Of a stretch of 64,000 bases of DNA, positions 29,000-42,049 are shown one piece after another. This stretch comes from the human T2T-CHM13v2.0 reference genome, Homo sapiens, in the NCBI RefSeq assembly GCF_009914755.1, contig NC_060942.1, one strand, 5' to 3'. A model generated the notes under the pieces. It saw only the letters and a list, made by a program, of their open reading frames with translations, searched no databases and had not been told where the DNA came from. The position numbers were made by a program, and so were the translations under genes. Within the stretch, counting starts at the first letter, position 1. The number at the start of each line of letters is the position of its first letter.

Positions 29000-29335
29000 A
29001 GAATGAAGGAATGAAATAGTTGGCTTGGTGGATTCAACAGACTCGGGACAAGGTAAAATGGGTAAGGGAATATGGCACTGTTGTTGCAGTGTGAACGGCC
29101 GTGAACGGCACATACAATGGCTGACGTGGTGTGGGCATCCCCAGCTGTGACACCAGGGCCAAGTGGAGAGCTAGTTTGACCAGAATTGAAGTTTGACCAA
29201 AGAGTAGGAGATGCACAAGCCTGGAGGAAGATGAGAGTCGTTGCCTGGAGACAGCTGTAATGACTGGCCTGGAATTGAGGATGGAAGTGGAGGGAGGGGT
29301 GGATCCTGTGGAGGCGAGGGGAAGTGGCATGGCGG
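29000..29335 (-). mobile_element. Probable L2 fragment
   Basis: Purine-rich L2-antisense-like text 'tgactggcctggaattgaggatggaagtggagggaggggtggatc'. Confidence 0.4.
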
Positions 29336-29369
29336 CTCCCTCCTCCTTCACCTGCACACCAGCCCTGTG

Positions 29370-29830
29370 CTTTCTGGAGTGTTTCCTAGAGCTGCTGTCA
29401 CAAAGTAAAACAACATCAATTTCTTCTCTGAATTCTGGAGAAGTCCCAAATCATGGTCCTGGCAGCGTGGGTTCCTTCTGGGAGGTCTGAGGGAAATCTG
29501 AGGCCTTTTCTCCTGCTTCGGAACTCCCGGCTGTCCTGGCGTGGCTTGGTCCCTATGGCTGCATTACTCCAGTCGTGGCCTCTGTTTTGGCGTCACCTGC
29601 TCCACGTGCATCTCAGTCATGGCCTCTGTCTTGGCGTCACCTGCTCTGCATGCATCTCAGTCGTGGCCCCTGTCTTCGCGTTGCCTGCTCCATGTGTATC
29701 TCTGGGTGTCTTCTCTTCTTACAAGGACATCGGTCATGGGGTTCAGGGCCTGCCCTACTCCAGGATGCCCTTTTCAGGACATCTGAAAAGAGTCTTTCTC
29801 CAAATGAGGACCATTCTGAAGCTCCAGAAT
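29370..29830 (-). mobile_element. MLT1B/C-like LTR containing a 44-bp x3 tandem repeat
   Basis: 'tttcctagagctgctgtcacaaagta', 'ggttccttctgggaggtctgaggg', 'ctcttcttacaaggacatcggtcatgg'; repeat units at 29570, 29614 and 29658. Confidence 0.82.
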
Positions 29831-30140
29831 TCAGGAAAAGTAATGATGAGTTTTTGTACAGATTTACAAGTGCCACTTCTGGAGTAAACAGGAATCTTCT
29901 CAGCCTGTTTCCCTGACACACGTGAGATGCTCCCTACGACATGCTCAGTGGATCCCTGGATGCACAGAAGGCCTCAGCTGGCTTTGCCGTACCTCACTCC
30001 TGAAGCTGGCTGATGGGCGCATTTCTTATTTCTAGAGGAGGCATTACTATCTTTCAAGCTTTTTGAACATATTGTACAAGTTGTAAAATTAAGTTTAAAG
30101 CTATAAATACATCAAGTAAGACGTTGACTTGAAATTACAA

Positions 30141-31476
<1,336 letters not shown>

Positions 31477-32156
31477 TATATCTTCTGAGTTAGAGTATTG
31501 AATAATGAATCTCTATGCGATATTGCTCTGTGAATAATTCTACTATCTAGAATATTTTTGTTGTTGTTGTTTTTAACATTCACTTTTGCTCATTTTATGT
31601 CACAAAATACACACCAAAAAGTCGTTTAGATTCAAGTTCACACCATAAGCTTATTCATAAACATTCATGCATGTGGGAACAGACAGGAAGGGTGGACAGG
31701 GAACAAGGTGGCCCCATGGCCCACCACGCTGACCGGGGAGAGACCAAGGCCATGGACAGGAGGAACCTCCAGGATCAGGGCCGGCGTCAGCGAAGCCACG
31801 GCCGCGTGTCCCTTTCAAACGGCACTCTGTGATTCTCTGACGTGGTTGCTCCTGGTAGTGCCCGGCTGTAGGTGGGGGTGCAGGATGCTAACCAGAGGGA
31901 CCACCCCCTGGGAGTCAGCCGGGAACACCGGGAGCAAACAAAAGTTCCTGTCTCCGGAGGCAGCTCAAGTCACTGCAGCTGCGGAGGGGGCGGCGGAGGC
32001 ACCAGCACAGCCGGAGGAGGGGTCTCCCCTTTCACCTGCAGAGGAGAGGAGCCAGCACAGCCCCAGGAAGGAAAAGAGCTGGAGACGCCTCCTTCAGGAG
32101 GTCTTCAGCTCTTCACAGTCCAGCAATAGGCAGAGCCCTAGAGCTCACTGGCACGG

Positions 32157-33900
32157 TTCCTCCTCCCTCCCTCCCTTCCTCCTCCCTCCCTCCCTTCCTC
32201 CTCCCTCCCTCCCTTCCTCCTCCCTCCCTCCCTTCCTCCTCCCTCCCTCCCTCCCTTCCTCCTCCCTCCCTCCCTTCCTCCTCCCTCCCTCCCTTCCTCC
32301 TCCCTCCCTCCCTTCCTCCTCCCTCCCTCCCTTCCTCCTCCTTCCCTCCCTCCCTTCCTCCTCCCTCCCTCCCTCCCTCCCTTCCTCCTCCCTCCCTCCC
32401 TTCCTCCTCCCTCCCTCCCTCCCTTCCTCCTCCCTCCCTCCCTTCCTCCTCCCTCCCTCCCTTCCTCCTCCCTCCCTCCCTTCCTCCTCCCTCCCTCCCT
32501 CCCTTCCTCCTCCCTCCCTCCCTTCCTCCTCCCTCCCTCCCTCCCTTCCTCCTCCCTCCCTCCCTCCCTTCCTCCTCCCTCCCTCCCTTCCTCCTCCCTC
32601 CCTCCCTTCCTCCTCCCTCCCTCCCTCCCTTCCTCCTCCCTCCCTCCCTTCCTCCTCCCTCCCTCCCTTCCTCCTCCCTCCCTCCCTCCCTTCCTCCTCC
32701 CTCCCTCCCTTCCTCCTCCCTCCCTCCCTTCCCCCTCCCTCCCTCCCTTCCCCCTCCCTCCCTCCCTTCCTCCTCCCTCCCTCCCTCCTCCCTCCCTCCC
32801 TCCCTTCCTCCTCCCTCCCTCCCTCCCTTCCTCCTCCCTCCCTCCCTTCCTCCTCCTTCCCTCCCTCCCTTCCTCCTCCCTCCCTCCCTTCCTCCTCCCT
32901 CCCTCCCTTCCTCCTCCCTCCCTCCCTCCCTCCCTTCCTCCTCCCTCCCTCCCTTCCTCCTCCCTCCCTCCCTTCCTCCTCCCTCCCTCCCTTCCTCCTC
33001 CTTCCCTCCCTCCCTTCCTCCTCCCTCCCTCCCTTCCTCCTCCCTCCCTCCCTTCCTCCTCCCTCCCTCCCTTCCTCCTCCCTCCCTCCCTTCCTTCCTC
33101 CTCCCTCCCTCCCTCCCTTCCTCATCCCTCCCTCCCTTCCTCCTTCCTCCCTCCCTTCCTCCTCCCTCCCTCCCTCCCTCCCTTCCTCCTCCCTCCCTCC
33201 CTTCCTCCTCCTTCCCTCCCTCCCTTCCTCCTCCCTCCCTCCCTTCCTCCTTCCTCCCTCCCTTCCTCCTCCCTCCCTCCCTCCCTTCCTCCTCCCTCCC
33301 TCCTTCTTTCCCTCCCTCCCTCCTTCTTTCCCTCCCTCCCTTCCTCCTCCCTCCCTCCCTCCCTTCCTCCTCCCTCCCTCCCTCCCTTCCTCCTCCCTCC
33401 CTCCTTCTTTCCCTCCCTCCCTTCCTCCTCCTTCCCTCCCTCCCTTCCTCCTCCCTCCCTCCCTTCCTCCTCCCTCCCTCCCTCCCTTCCTCCTCCCTCC
33501 CTCCTTCTTTCCCTCCCTCCCTTCCTCCTCCCTCCCTCCCTCCCTTCCTCCTCCCTCCCTCCCTCCCTTCCTCCTCCCTCCCTCCCTTCCTCCTCCCTCC
33601 CTCCCTTCCTCTTCCCTCCCTCCCTCCCTCCCTCCCTCCTTCCTCCCTCCCTTCCTCCTCCCTCCCTCCCTTCCTCCTCCCTCCCTCCCTCCCTTCCTCC
33701 TCCCTCCCTCCCTTCCTCCTCCCTCCCTCCTTCTTTCCCTCCCTACCTTCTTTTCATCCTTCCCTCCCTCCTTTCTCTTCTTCATTCCCTCCTGCCTTCA
33801 CTCCCTTCTTCCTCCCTTCCTTCCTTCCCTTCCTGCTTTCTTCCTTTTTTTTCCTCCCTCCCTCCCTTTCTTACTTACTGTACCTTCTCTCTCCCCACAA
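32157..33900. repeat. ~1.7 kb polypyrimidine/polypurine tandem array (CCCT/CCTT/CCT units; 15- and 19-mer higher units)
   Basis: Essentially only C and T on the + strand; recurrent 'ccctcccttcctcct' with or without an extra 'ccct'. Confidence 0.98.
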
Positions 33901-34585
33901 CTTTCTTACTTTTTGTTTTTAATGGGTCCTTTCACAGTGTAAATAAAAACAAAATCTATTAATGAGCCAAAATTTATATTTTTATACAAAGGATACATAT
34001 AGTTTTAAATAGTCAATTCCCTAAAGCAAGTTTATGCTTCCCGAATCACCCCCAAGCAGCCCATGCCCACCTCTGCCATTCCTGGGAGATGCCCCCAAAT
34101 CCCTGTCTGTGCATCTTCTAGGTTTAGGGTAGAATCTCACCCTATGTTTTCTTTTCAAGATGGTTTATCTTTGACTTGGGACCTGTGACCTTTGTCTTCA
34201 CATACAAACCCTCTTCCTCCTAGCGAACCAAAGCCAAGGCCACCCTCCTCTCTGCCTCTGGTGCTCCCAGCTGAGCTCTGCAGCTCCCTGCCGCTGGGTC
34301 TGAGCAGGGGTTGGGCATGTTTAGGTGGGGACCACATAGGGGATGGGGCACAAGAGTCAGCCTGGAAGTCAGGGGGCAGGGAGCTCAGATGCTCTCTCCT
34401 CCCCGAAAAGCCAGGTGATGCAGTGCCGGGCACAGTGGGGAATCCAGGGCAAAGGGAAGGACGTTAGACTCCATAGGAGCCAGGGGTGGTAGAGTCAGAC
34501 CCTGCACAAGTTTTTGTGGAAAATATTCCTCTAAGAAAGGACCAAGGGGTGCAAGGCACCAAGGACGGTGTCTCAGTGGAGAGCT

Positions 34586-34661
34586 GCAGCAGAGCCTGTT
34601 TCCCGGGCCCTGCACCCGCCTGAGCAGCAGACCCTGTTTCCCGGGCCCTGCACCCGCCTGA
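34586..34661. repeat. 38-bp tandem duplication (2 near-identical copies)
   Basis: 'gcagcaga(g/c)cctgtttcccgggccctgcacccgcctga' at 34586 and 34624. Confidence 0.93.
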
Positions 34662-36502
34662 GGCCCAGAGACTCGCCCGGGCAGCACTGCTGTTCCTGCA
34701 TTCCGGTCTTCTGCCCGGCCCCGAGGTCCAGAGGAGAACCACAGCCCCATCCCAGGGCTGCACACAAGGCACTTGGGGCATGGGGAAGCTTTCCATGCAG
34801 CGATAGCACAGGGACACTGTGATGCTATTGAACATGCGTTTCAGAGGCTTGAGCCAGCGTTGGAGGGTGTTCCTGTGTTTCCAAACAAGTTTCATGGCAA
34901 AGCCCAGGCCTAGGTGCCTCACCTGAAACTGTCAGCCATGCTTCCACCTCCATTCAGACCCAGCTCATCCTGGGGCCCTCTTCACTTGCTGTTTTTGCTA
35001 ATGGTTTGGCTCTGCCCCCTCCCCATCCAATATCCACACCTTCGAGCAGCTGATCTGTGTCACTTCCATCTGACCACACCTGTCCCCTAAAACGAAACCC
35101 CACATCCTGCTGCAGTTAGAAAGGAGGTGGCATCTCTTTTCCCTAAAACAGACACTTCCCTAAACAAGTCGGGTTGCACTGCATCCCAGGGACTTGCTCC
35201 TTCCTAGAAATCCCTTCTTTGTGACTCTTCCTAGGAAATGGGCTGTAAGCTGTGGGTGGCTGCGTGTCCTCATCCCTGCAAAGGCAGGTGTGCATTCCTG
35301 CCCACGGCGGGTGATGCTGCATCCCTGGCAGTCACGCCGCTGTGAGTAACCACCTGTGGAGAGTCCCTGTTCAGCACCCTTCTCTGTTGTCACAGTGCAT
35401 AATCTCCGAGAATGCCCTAATTTCTCTCATTCTCTAAGCCTGCCATCAGGGCTGAGACAGGCTCATCCCTCTGAACAGATGAGATTAGTCGATCATGTAA
35501 AGTCAAAAGGGGGATTATGATACTTGTAATACACTGAGTCAAATTAAATGCATTTTGTTTGCACATCAGAAGATCCTGTTGCTAGGCTTCAGTGTCTTCC
35601 ACTGGGTATAATAAATTGCCAATAAAACACAAGTATATAGGGGAAAAAGCCCTCAAGCAGAGAGTAGGAAGAAAGTAAAGATGGTGGTTGCTTTCTTTTT
35701 TTTTTTTTCCTTGTCTGTTCAACCTAGTCAATGAGATGCTTCATTCCAACAGTGCCTCTCATTTTTAATATCAAGTGGGAGCTAAAGCACCAGAGAGCTC
35801 TGTTCTGAATGGCTGGTTCTGGCTTTCTGTCTCATGGTACTTCGCACTCAGCATCCTGCCTATATATAGCATGCGTCTTAAAACATCCATCATTAGAGAC
35901 CTGCAGAGACTGTTTGGAAGTTTGTGGGCCCACAAATATAGCATTCATCCCAGGATATTTATAACACCTACTCTGCTCTCTCTCAGCCACTCCTGCCTCT
36001 AAATGCTGTCTCCCATACTATTTGAATAAGATAAAATAAACCCCTTTCTTTGAAGATTCTAAGTATTCTCCAAGAAACAAGGAAGACCAGGGAATACTCC
36101 CAGGCAGGAGAGACCCTCTAGCAAATGTCTCAGGCTTATTCAAGACAGATCTTGGCACTGGTGAACATAGACAAAATCTTTACAAAGACATATATTAGTA
36201 AACTTTGTGTCTCTGATTTTTCAAATGTGACAAGATCAGAGTCTGCATGGACGTGGATGGCCCCTCCTCAAACGCCCCACTCTGGCGTCCCCTGGCATCA
36301 CCCGCATCCTCGGAAGCCCGACTGTCCTCCAATACGGCCCTGGCCAGGTGTGGACGTGCTGTTGCTCCTGACGGCTAATTACTTCTCCTGTCAGCGCCAT
36401 CTTGGTGTGCTACCTAATGTGGTTATTTCCAAGATGATACATCAAATCTTTTGCTGCAGTAATGGTAGCTTCTTGGAGAACTATGTGAAACAAAAACCTT
36501 AA

Positions 36503-37060
36503 TGAGGACTCCTGCCTTCCATCTGGAATGTCAAAAGGCAGGAAGCACCTCGTTCTTGCCACACAACAACAGCGATGGTGGGACATATGCGGAGTCACAA
36601 CTTTTATTCTGAATCCATAAGAGAGCTGAGGGCAGAGGCAATAGATCAACTCGAAATCCGAGGAGCAATAGGTGCCTACAGGGAAAGACGGACACATTTC
36701 TCTTGCTGGCCGGGCGGATGGCAGCAGACAACCGCCAGGAGGGTTCAGCTACGTTGTTACTGAACAGCTGAAGGCCACGTGTCGGCTGGCGAGGGGACAC
36801 AGGAGCCCGGGTGCTCTGGAACAGGGGGACTGCTCCCATCCATGGGCTCTTAACTATGCATCTCACTGGGTGTTCACAGAAACATTTGGCAGGCAGGAGT
36901 CCCAAGGCAGCATCCCTCAAGGTGCGTGTCGGGGGAGGAGGGGGTGGCAGGGACCAGCATCCACTGTGGGGAATCCCATCTCTCCTATGGAGCAAGGCCT
37001 CTAACCGCTGGGGAAGGCCACACACACGGTCCCTCTTTGGGGACTGAAAGATGCTGATTG
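36503..37060 (+). mobile_element. Probable ancient L1M (L1M4/MC/MD-type) 5' UTR
   Basis: 'cacaacttttattctgaatccataagagagctgaggg', 'gaaatccgagga..aggtgcctacagggaaagacgg' resemble old L1M 5' ends; directly upstream of and co-oriented with L1 ORF2. Confidence 0.55.
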
Positions 37061-37109
37061 CAGATGGGAGAAGAGAAAACTTAGAACAAGCTACCCCCAT
37101 TGAAAGCAA

Positions 37110-39235
37110 AAGCAGTAGCAGTGAATTATGCGTTTGTAGCACATGTAAAAGTAAAATATATGAAAAAGTAACACAGAGGGTTGATAGGAGGAACTGACTG
37201 CCAAGGACGAGGAGGTCCACACATGCAGCAATGACACACTTTCAGGGGGCCTTAACCAAAGACCTGTGCTGCAAACACTAGAGCAAATAATGGAAATAGT
37301 ATAAAATGAGATATAAACCGTAAGCTAACAAAATAGCAGATTTTATCTAACCACATCAATAATTACATCAAATAAGCAGGCTATAGACATTGATTAATGG
37401 AGTTTATCATATTAGATAATGAGTAAGTCCTGACTGTATTCTGCCTACAAAAACCCCACTTTAAATATAAAGAAAAAGATAAGTTAAAAGTGAAAGGGTA
37501 GAAAATGATGAACTATGCAAGCACTAATTTAAAGAAAGCTGGAATCGCTATATTAATTAATATCAGACACAGTAAATTTCAGAACAAGAATATTACCAGG
37601 GCTAAAGAGGGGGATTACTTGATGGTGAAGAGTCAATTCTCCAAGACAACAAATACAAATCCCGAATGTGTCTGAAGTTAAAACTCGAAGTTCAAAATAC
37701 TTATAGCAAAAACTGGTAGAACTGCAAAGAGAAGTAGATAAATTCAAATTATCTTTGGAGATTTCAGCAGCCCTTTCTCAGTAACTGGCAGATGTACTAA
37801 ACAGAAAGTTAGAAAGGTTAGAGAAAAACTGAACATGATCAACCTCAATAGAATTTAATAAACATTTATAGAACACCCCATTTAAGAACTTACATATTCT
37901 TTTCATGTTCACACACTTACCAAGATAGACTATATTCTAGTTCTTCAAACAAGGCTTAATAAATTTAAAAGGATTTAAATCATATGATGTATGCATGTTC
38001 TTTGACCAAATGTAATTAAATTATAAATCAGTAATCTCAAAAAAAGCTAAAATGTTTGCAAATTGAATGAAACACCGCTAAATAACCCATAGGTAAAAGA
38101 AGACATCATACGGAAAATTAGAAATTATTTTGATCTAAATGAAAATAAAAACACAACATATCAAATTTCTGGGATGTTACTAAGGCATTACTTAGGGAGA
38201 AGTCGATATCAATATGCATTCACATTGGAAAAGAAGAAATGTTTCCAATCAGTCACCTACACCCTAAGAAACTGGAAAAGGGAAGCAAATAAAATATGAA
38301 GTAAACAAAATAGTGGGAATGTAAAGATCAGTGAAAACAAATAAAATAGAAAAAAGGGAAGCAGTAAGGAAATCAGAAAAAAACAAAAGCTGATTCTTCA
38401 AGAAGATCACTAAAATTGTAGAATCCCTAGACAAAACAATTGGGAATAGAAGAGAAAGACAGAAATTACCAGTAGCAGATAATAGAGGTGGTTCTACAGG
38501 TACCCAAAGGAGAATAGGGGAACATTATGAATAACTGTATACCCATACATTTAACAAATTAGATAAGATGAACTACTTTCTTGAAGGACACATAGTTTCA
38601 AATTTTATGCAGGAAAAAAATTGAACAGATAACTTTAATAGCCCTATGTCCATTAACACAATTGAATTGTAATTTGGAACGTTCCCAGAAAGAAAATTCC
38701 AGGACCAGGTGGCTTCATGGGTGAATTCCATCAAACATACAAGGAATAAATAATACCAGCTTTAGATAATGTCTTCTAGAAAATCGAATAGAAGGGAATA
38801 TTTTTGTACTTGCTCTATGAAGCCAGCTTTACTCTGATACCAAAATAAAGACATTACAAGAGAAGAAAACTATAGACCAATATTCCTTAATAAGACAAAT
38901 GTAAAAATTCTAAAAAAACCTTAGCAAATTGTATCTAAAAATGGATTGTATACAAAGATGAATAAGGCCACATGGTCAATTGGAGTTTTTCCCAAGAATG
39001 TAAATTTTATTTAACATTTAAAGAGAAATCCAATATAATTCACCATATTAACAAATAAAAAAGAAAAGCAATATGGTTATCTCTATGGAAGCAAAAATAT
39101 TATTTGACAGAATCTGATATCAATTCATGATGAAAAACTCTCAGCTATCTAGAAATAGACGGGAACGTCCTCAACCTGATAAAAAGCATCTATGAAAAAC
39201 CTACAGCTGACATCATACTTGATGGTGAAAGACTG
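37110..39235 (+). mobile_element. Ancient L1M spacer plus decayed ORF2 (endonuclease to start of RT)
   Basis: 'ctgcctacaaaaaccccactttaaatataaaga', 'aagaaagctggaatcgctatatta', 'ccaggaccaggtggcttcatgggtgaattc', 'aaaaacctacagctgacatcatactt..tggtgaaagactg'; many stops and frameshifts. Confidence 0.92.
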
Positions 39236-39849
39236 TTTATTTGTACGTGTTGGCAAGGGAAGTTTCACGGAAGATGGGCTAGGGAAGTCTAGACCTCACA
39301 GTAATTATGCACTTGTGGCCATTTCATTTTATATCTGCATTTATATTGGGAAGAGCAGATCAACCAACCAGCTTTTGCTGATAAATGATCAACACGTTCA
39401 TATATTAGACCTAGGAATTTGGGTCTTATTGGTTTATTTTTTAAACTGCATTCATCAGGACCATTTGTACATCCAAACTATGTTTAAAGAAAAGTAATTG
39501 GCCTTCAGAGTAGCAGAGTAAACATAAGCATTATATGTCACTGCCAAATCGAACAAAAACCATCTTGATATACTAAGACCTCCTAATAAGTGGAGGGGCT
39601 TTCAGCTAAATAAACAGCTTAAAATACACGCTACAATAATGGGAAGAGTGTGAGCTTTTTGGGGGACAGACAGTTGTATTCTCTTGAGCTATGGCCTCCT
39701 CAGTCTTAAAGCAGAATTTTAAAAAGCTCAGCAGGGTTCATGGAGATGTCTGTAGAATTCTCAGCAAATGAGGGCTGATACTTTGGATATGGTTGGTAAG
39801 CATGGTCTGGCTTACTGTATGCCTGGGTGTGTCATATAGATGAACCCGA

Positions 39850-40276
39850 TGTGAAGACAAGTTCTCTGAAAAGAAATGTGGAGGAAAGAAACTTTATTCA
39901 AGTGAAAGGTTTGCAGACTGGGGAACCTTTGGTGTAGAGGCACATTCCAGAGCAGACCAAAGGGAGGATCTGGCTTTTAAAGAGAAAGTTCTCACCCAGG
40001 TTCCCAATCAGGTCTGTTTATGTAAATGAAAGATTCAGCCTTGCTTAGTTTAGATCAGTCTAGGTAGCTGAGCTCTGGTTCATTGGGGCAGCTGAGCTCT
40101 GACTGGTTGGTTTAGGTGAGCTCTGACAGTTCCCAAGTTGAACAAAGATGTGAGTTTTCAGGGAATTCAGCCTGTGTGACCTCCAGTCACCAAATGGCTG
40201 CTTGTCTCTTTTTTAAATTTAGGCCCAGTTAGCCACTTGCCATCCATCTTGAAGAATCAGCTCTTTCGGGTTCACA
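39850..40276 (-). mobile_element. MER31-like (ERV1) solo LTR
   Basis: Ends 'aaatttaggcccagttagccact..atccatcttgaagaatcagctctttcgggttcaca'; repeated 'tgagctctg' modules; minus-strand AATAAA ('ctttatt'). Confidence 0.85.
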
Positions 40277-41263
40277 ATTGTTCACCAATTGTGGTTTGTG
40301 GTGTGTTTAAGAAAACCCAAACATGTAAGTCTAAATTTTAAAAATTAATAAATTGGGAACGACCATTTACTTTATAAAAAATGGCTTTTATAAGCGTTGT
40401 TTAATCATGGAGCATTAAATCATGATTTGATTTATACATACACAAATTTTGAGAGATATATGAATCACACCAGAAGGGCTCATATCTGTAATGGAACTTT
40501 ATATGAAAACTGTGTACTTGATCATCAACCAACAAATGAGTTGTATTGGCAAAGTTATGTGAAACTTTGAATAGATTGATTTAAAAGTGGGACTTGTAGG
40601 GTGCTGTCCTTGTTATAAAACAAGCAGACATCAGATAGAGGATGTCTTTCATGACTGCCTGCTTCTTCTCAAAATCAGTGCCTGGAAGAAAGTTGCACCC
40701 TTTTCCTTTGACCTCCAGTGGCTACTGTGGTCATTGGGCATCAGGGCCATTCAGCGCAGATGACATGGAGGGGCTAAATAAAATTGCTCTCCAGTCCTCT
40801 GGGACAAGACTAATATTTTTTGGCAATTTCAGATTGACTGGTAGACAATGTTTTAGATACAACTGTCAATTCAGATCGCAGTCAACCCATTCAAAATACA
40901 TGCAATAAGCAAGTTCTCAGTTGAAATTGACAATTTCTAGTGCCTATTTTGCTAAATTGTGATCTTCGTTCCAGAGCATAACAGTTATCTGTTATGGAGT
41001 GTGGCGGTCTCATTAATTTATGCTTAGAACTGCTCCTGACAGTGGATTGTCTTTGGCTTCCAAGAACCTTTCATTGACTGTTTTAAGCTTTAAACAAAAA
41101 TACTACCAAGGTAATGTGTGTCATCTACTCTGTACTCTCCATTGACCCTGTTTCTTATACTTTCTAGAGGGAATGAACCAAAGCATATTTACAAAAGGGT
41201 CTCTATCAAGGCCGGGGTGGGGGGGGACAAGAGAGAAAGAATAGCTTAGAAATTAAGTCCCTA

Positions 41264-41629
<366 letters not shown>

Positions 41630-42049
41630 TCAGATTATCAAAGTGTTTAGCACTTACGGCTCAGCTTCCAAAATGTGCATGCCCAATTTAATTAGGGGTA
41701 ATTTTCATTCATTACGCACTAAAGGCTGGTTAGGCTGGTGGTGGCTCAAAACTCTATTCTAACAGTGATATTATATGAAAAGCCCATAATGTCACAATGA
41801 GTTCACTCAAAGAAGAGCTGCCACCTAGGTAAGTGAGGAGACAGTAGCAGCCCCTCCCTGGCCGACCCATCCCTGGGCTGAAGAATGTAAACCATCGGGA
41901 TTGGATCTGACATAGCAAGTCAAGGCCTCTGCGTCCCCAGCATCCCTGGCGTGCGCGTCTCTGTCGATTAGAGACCAAATCTGCTGCAGCTTGGATGTTA
42001 TTATTCGTGGGGGGGTCATGAGATCCTTACGTGATTCCAGGGCGGGGTA

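Noticed and set aside
31708-33942. 744-aa Pro/Ser/Leu ORF and the antisense 546-aa Gly/Arg/Glu ORF
   Set aside because: C/T-only and G/A-only repeats cannot contain stop codons; the + ORF starts at GTG; repeat phase drifts across frames; no domain is recognisable.
37330-39235. L1 ORF2 as a functional endonuclease/RT gene
   Set aside because: Riddled with stops and frameshifts, and truncated.
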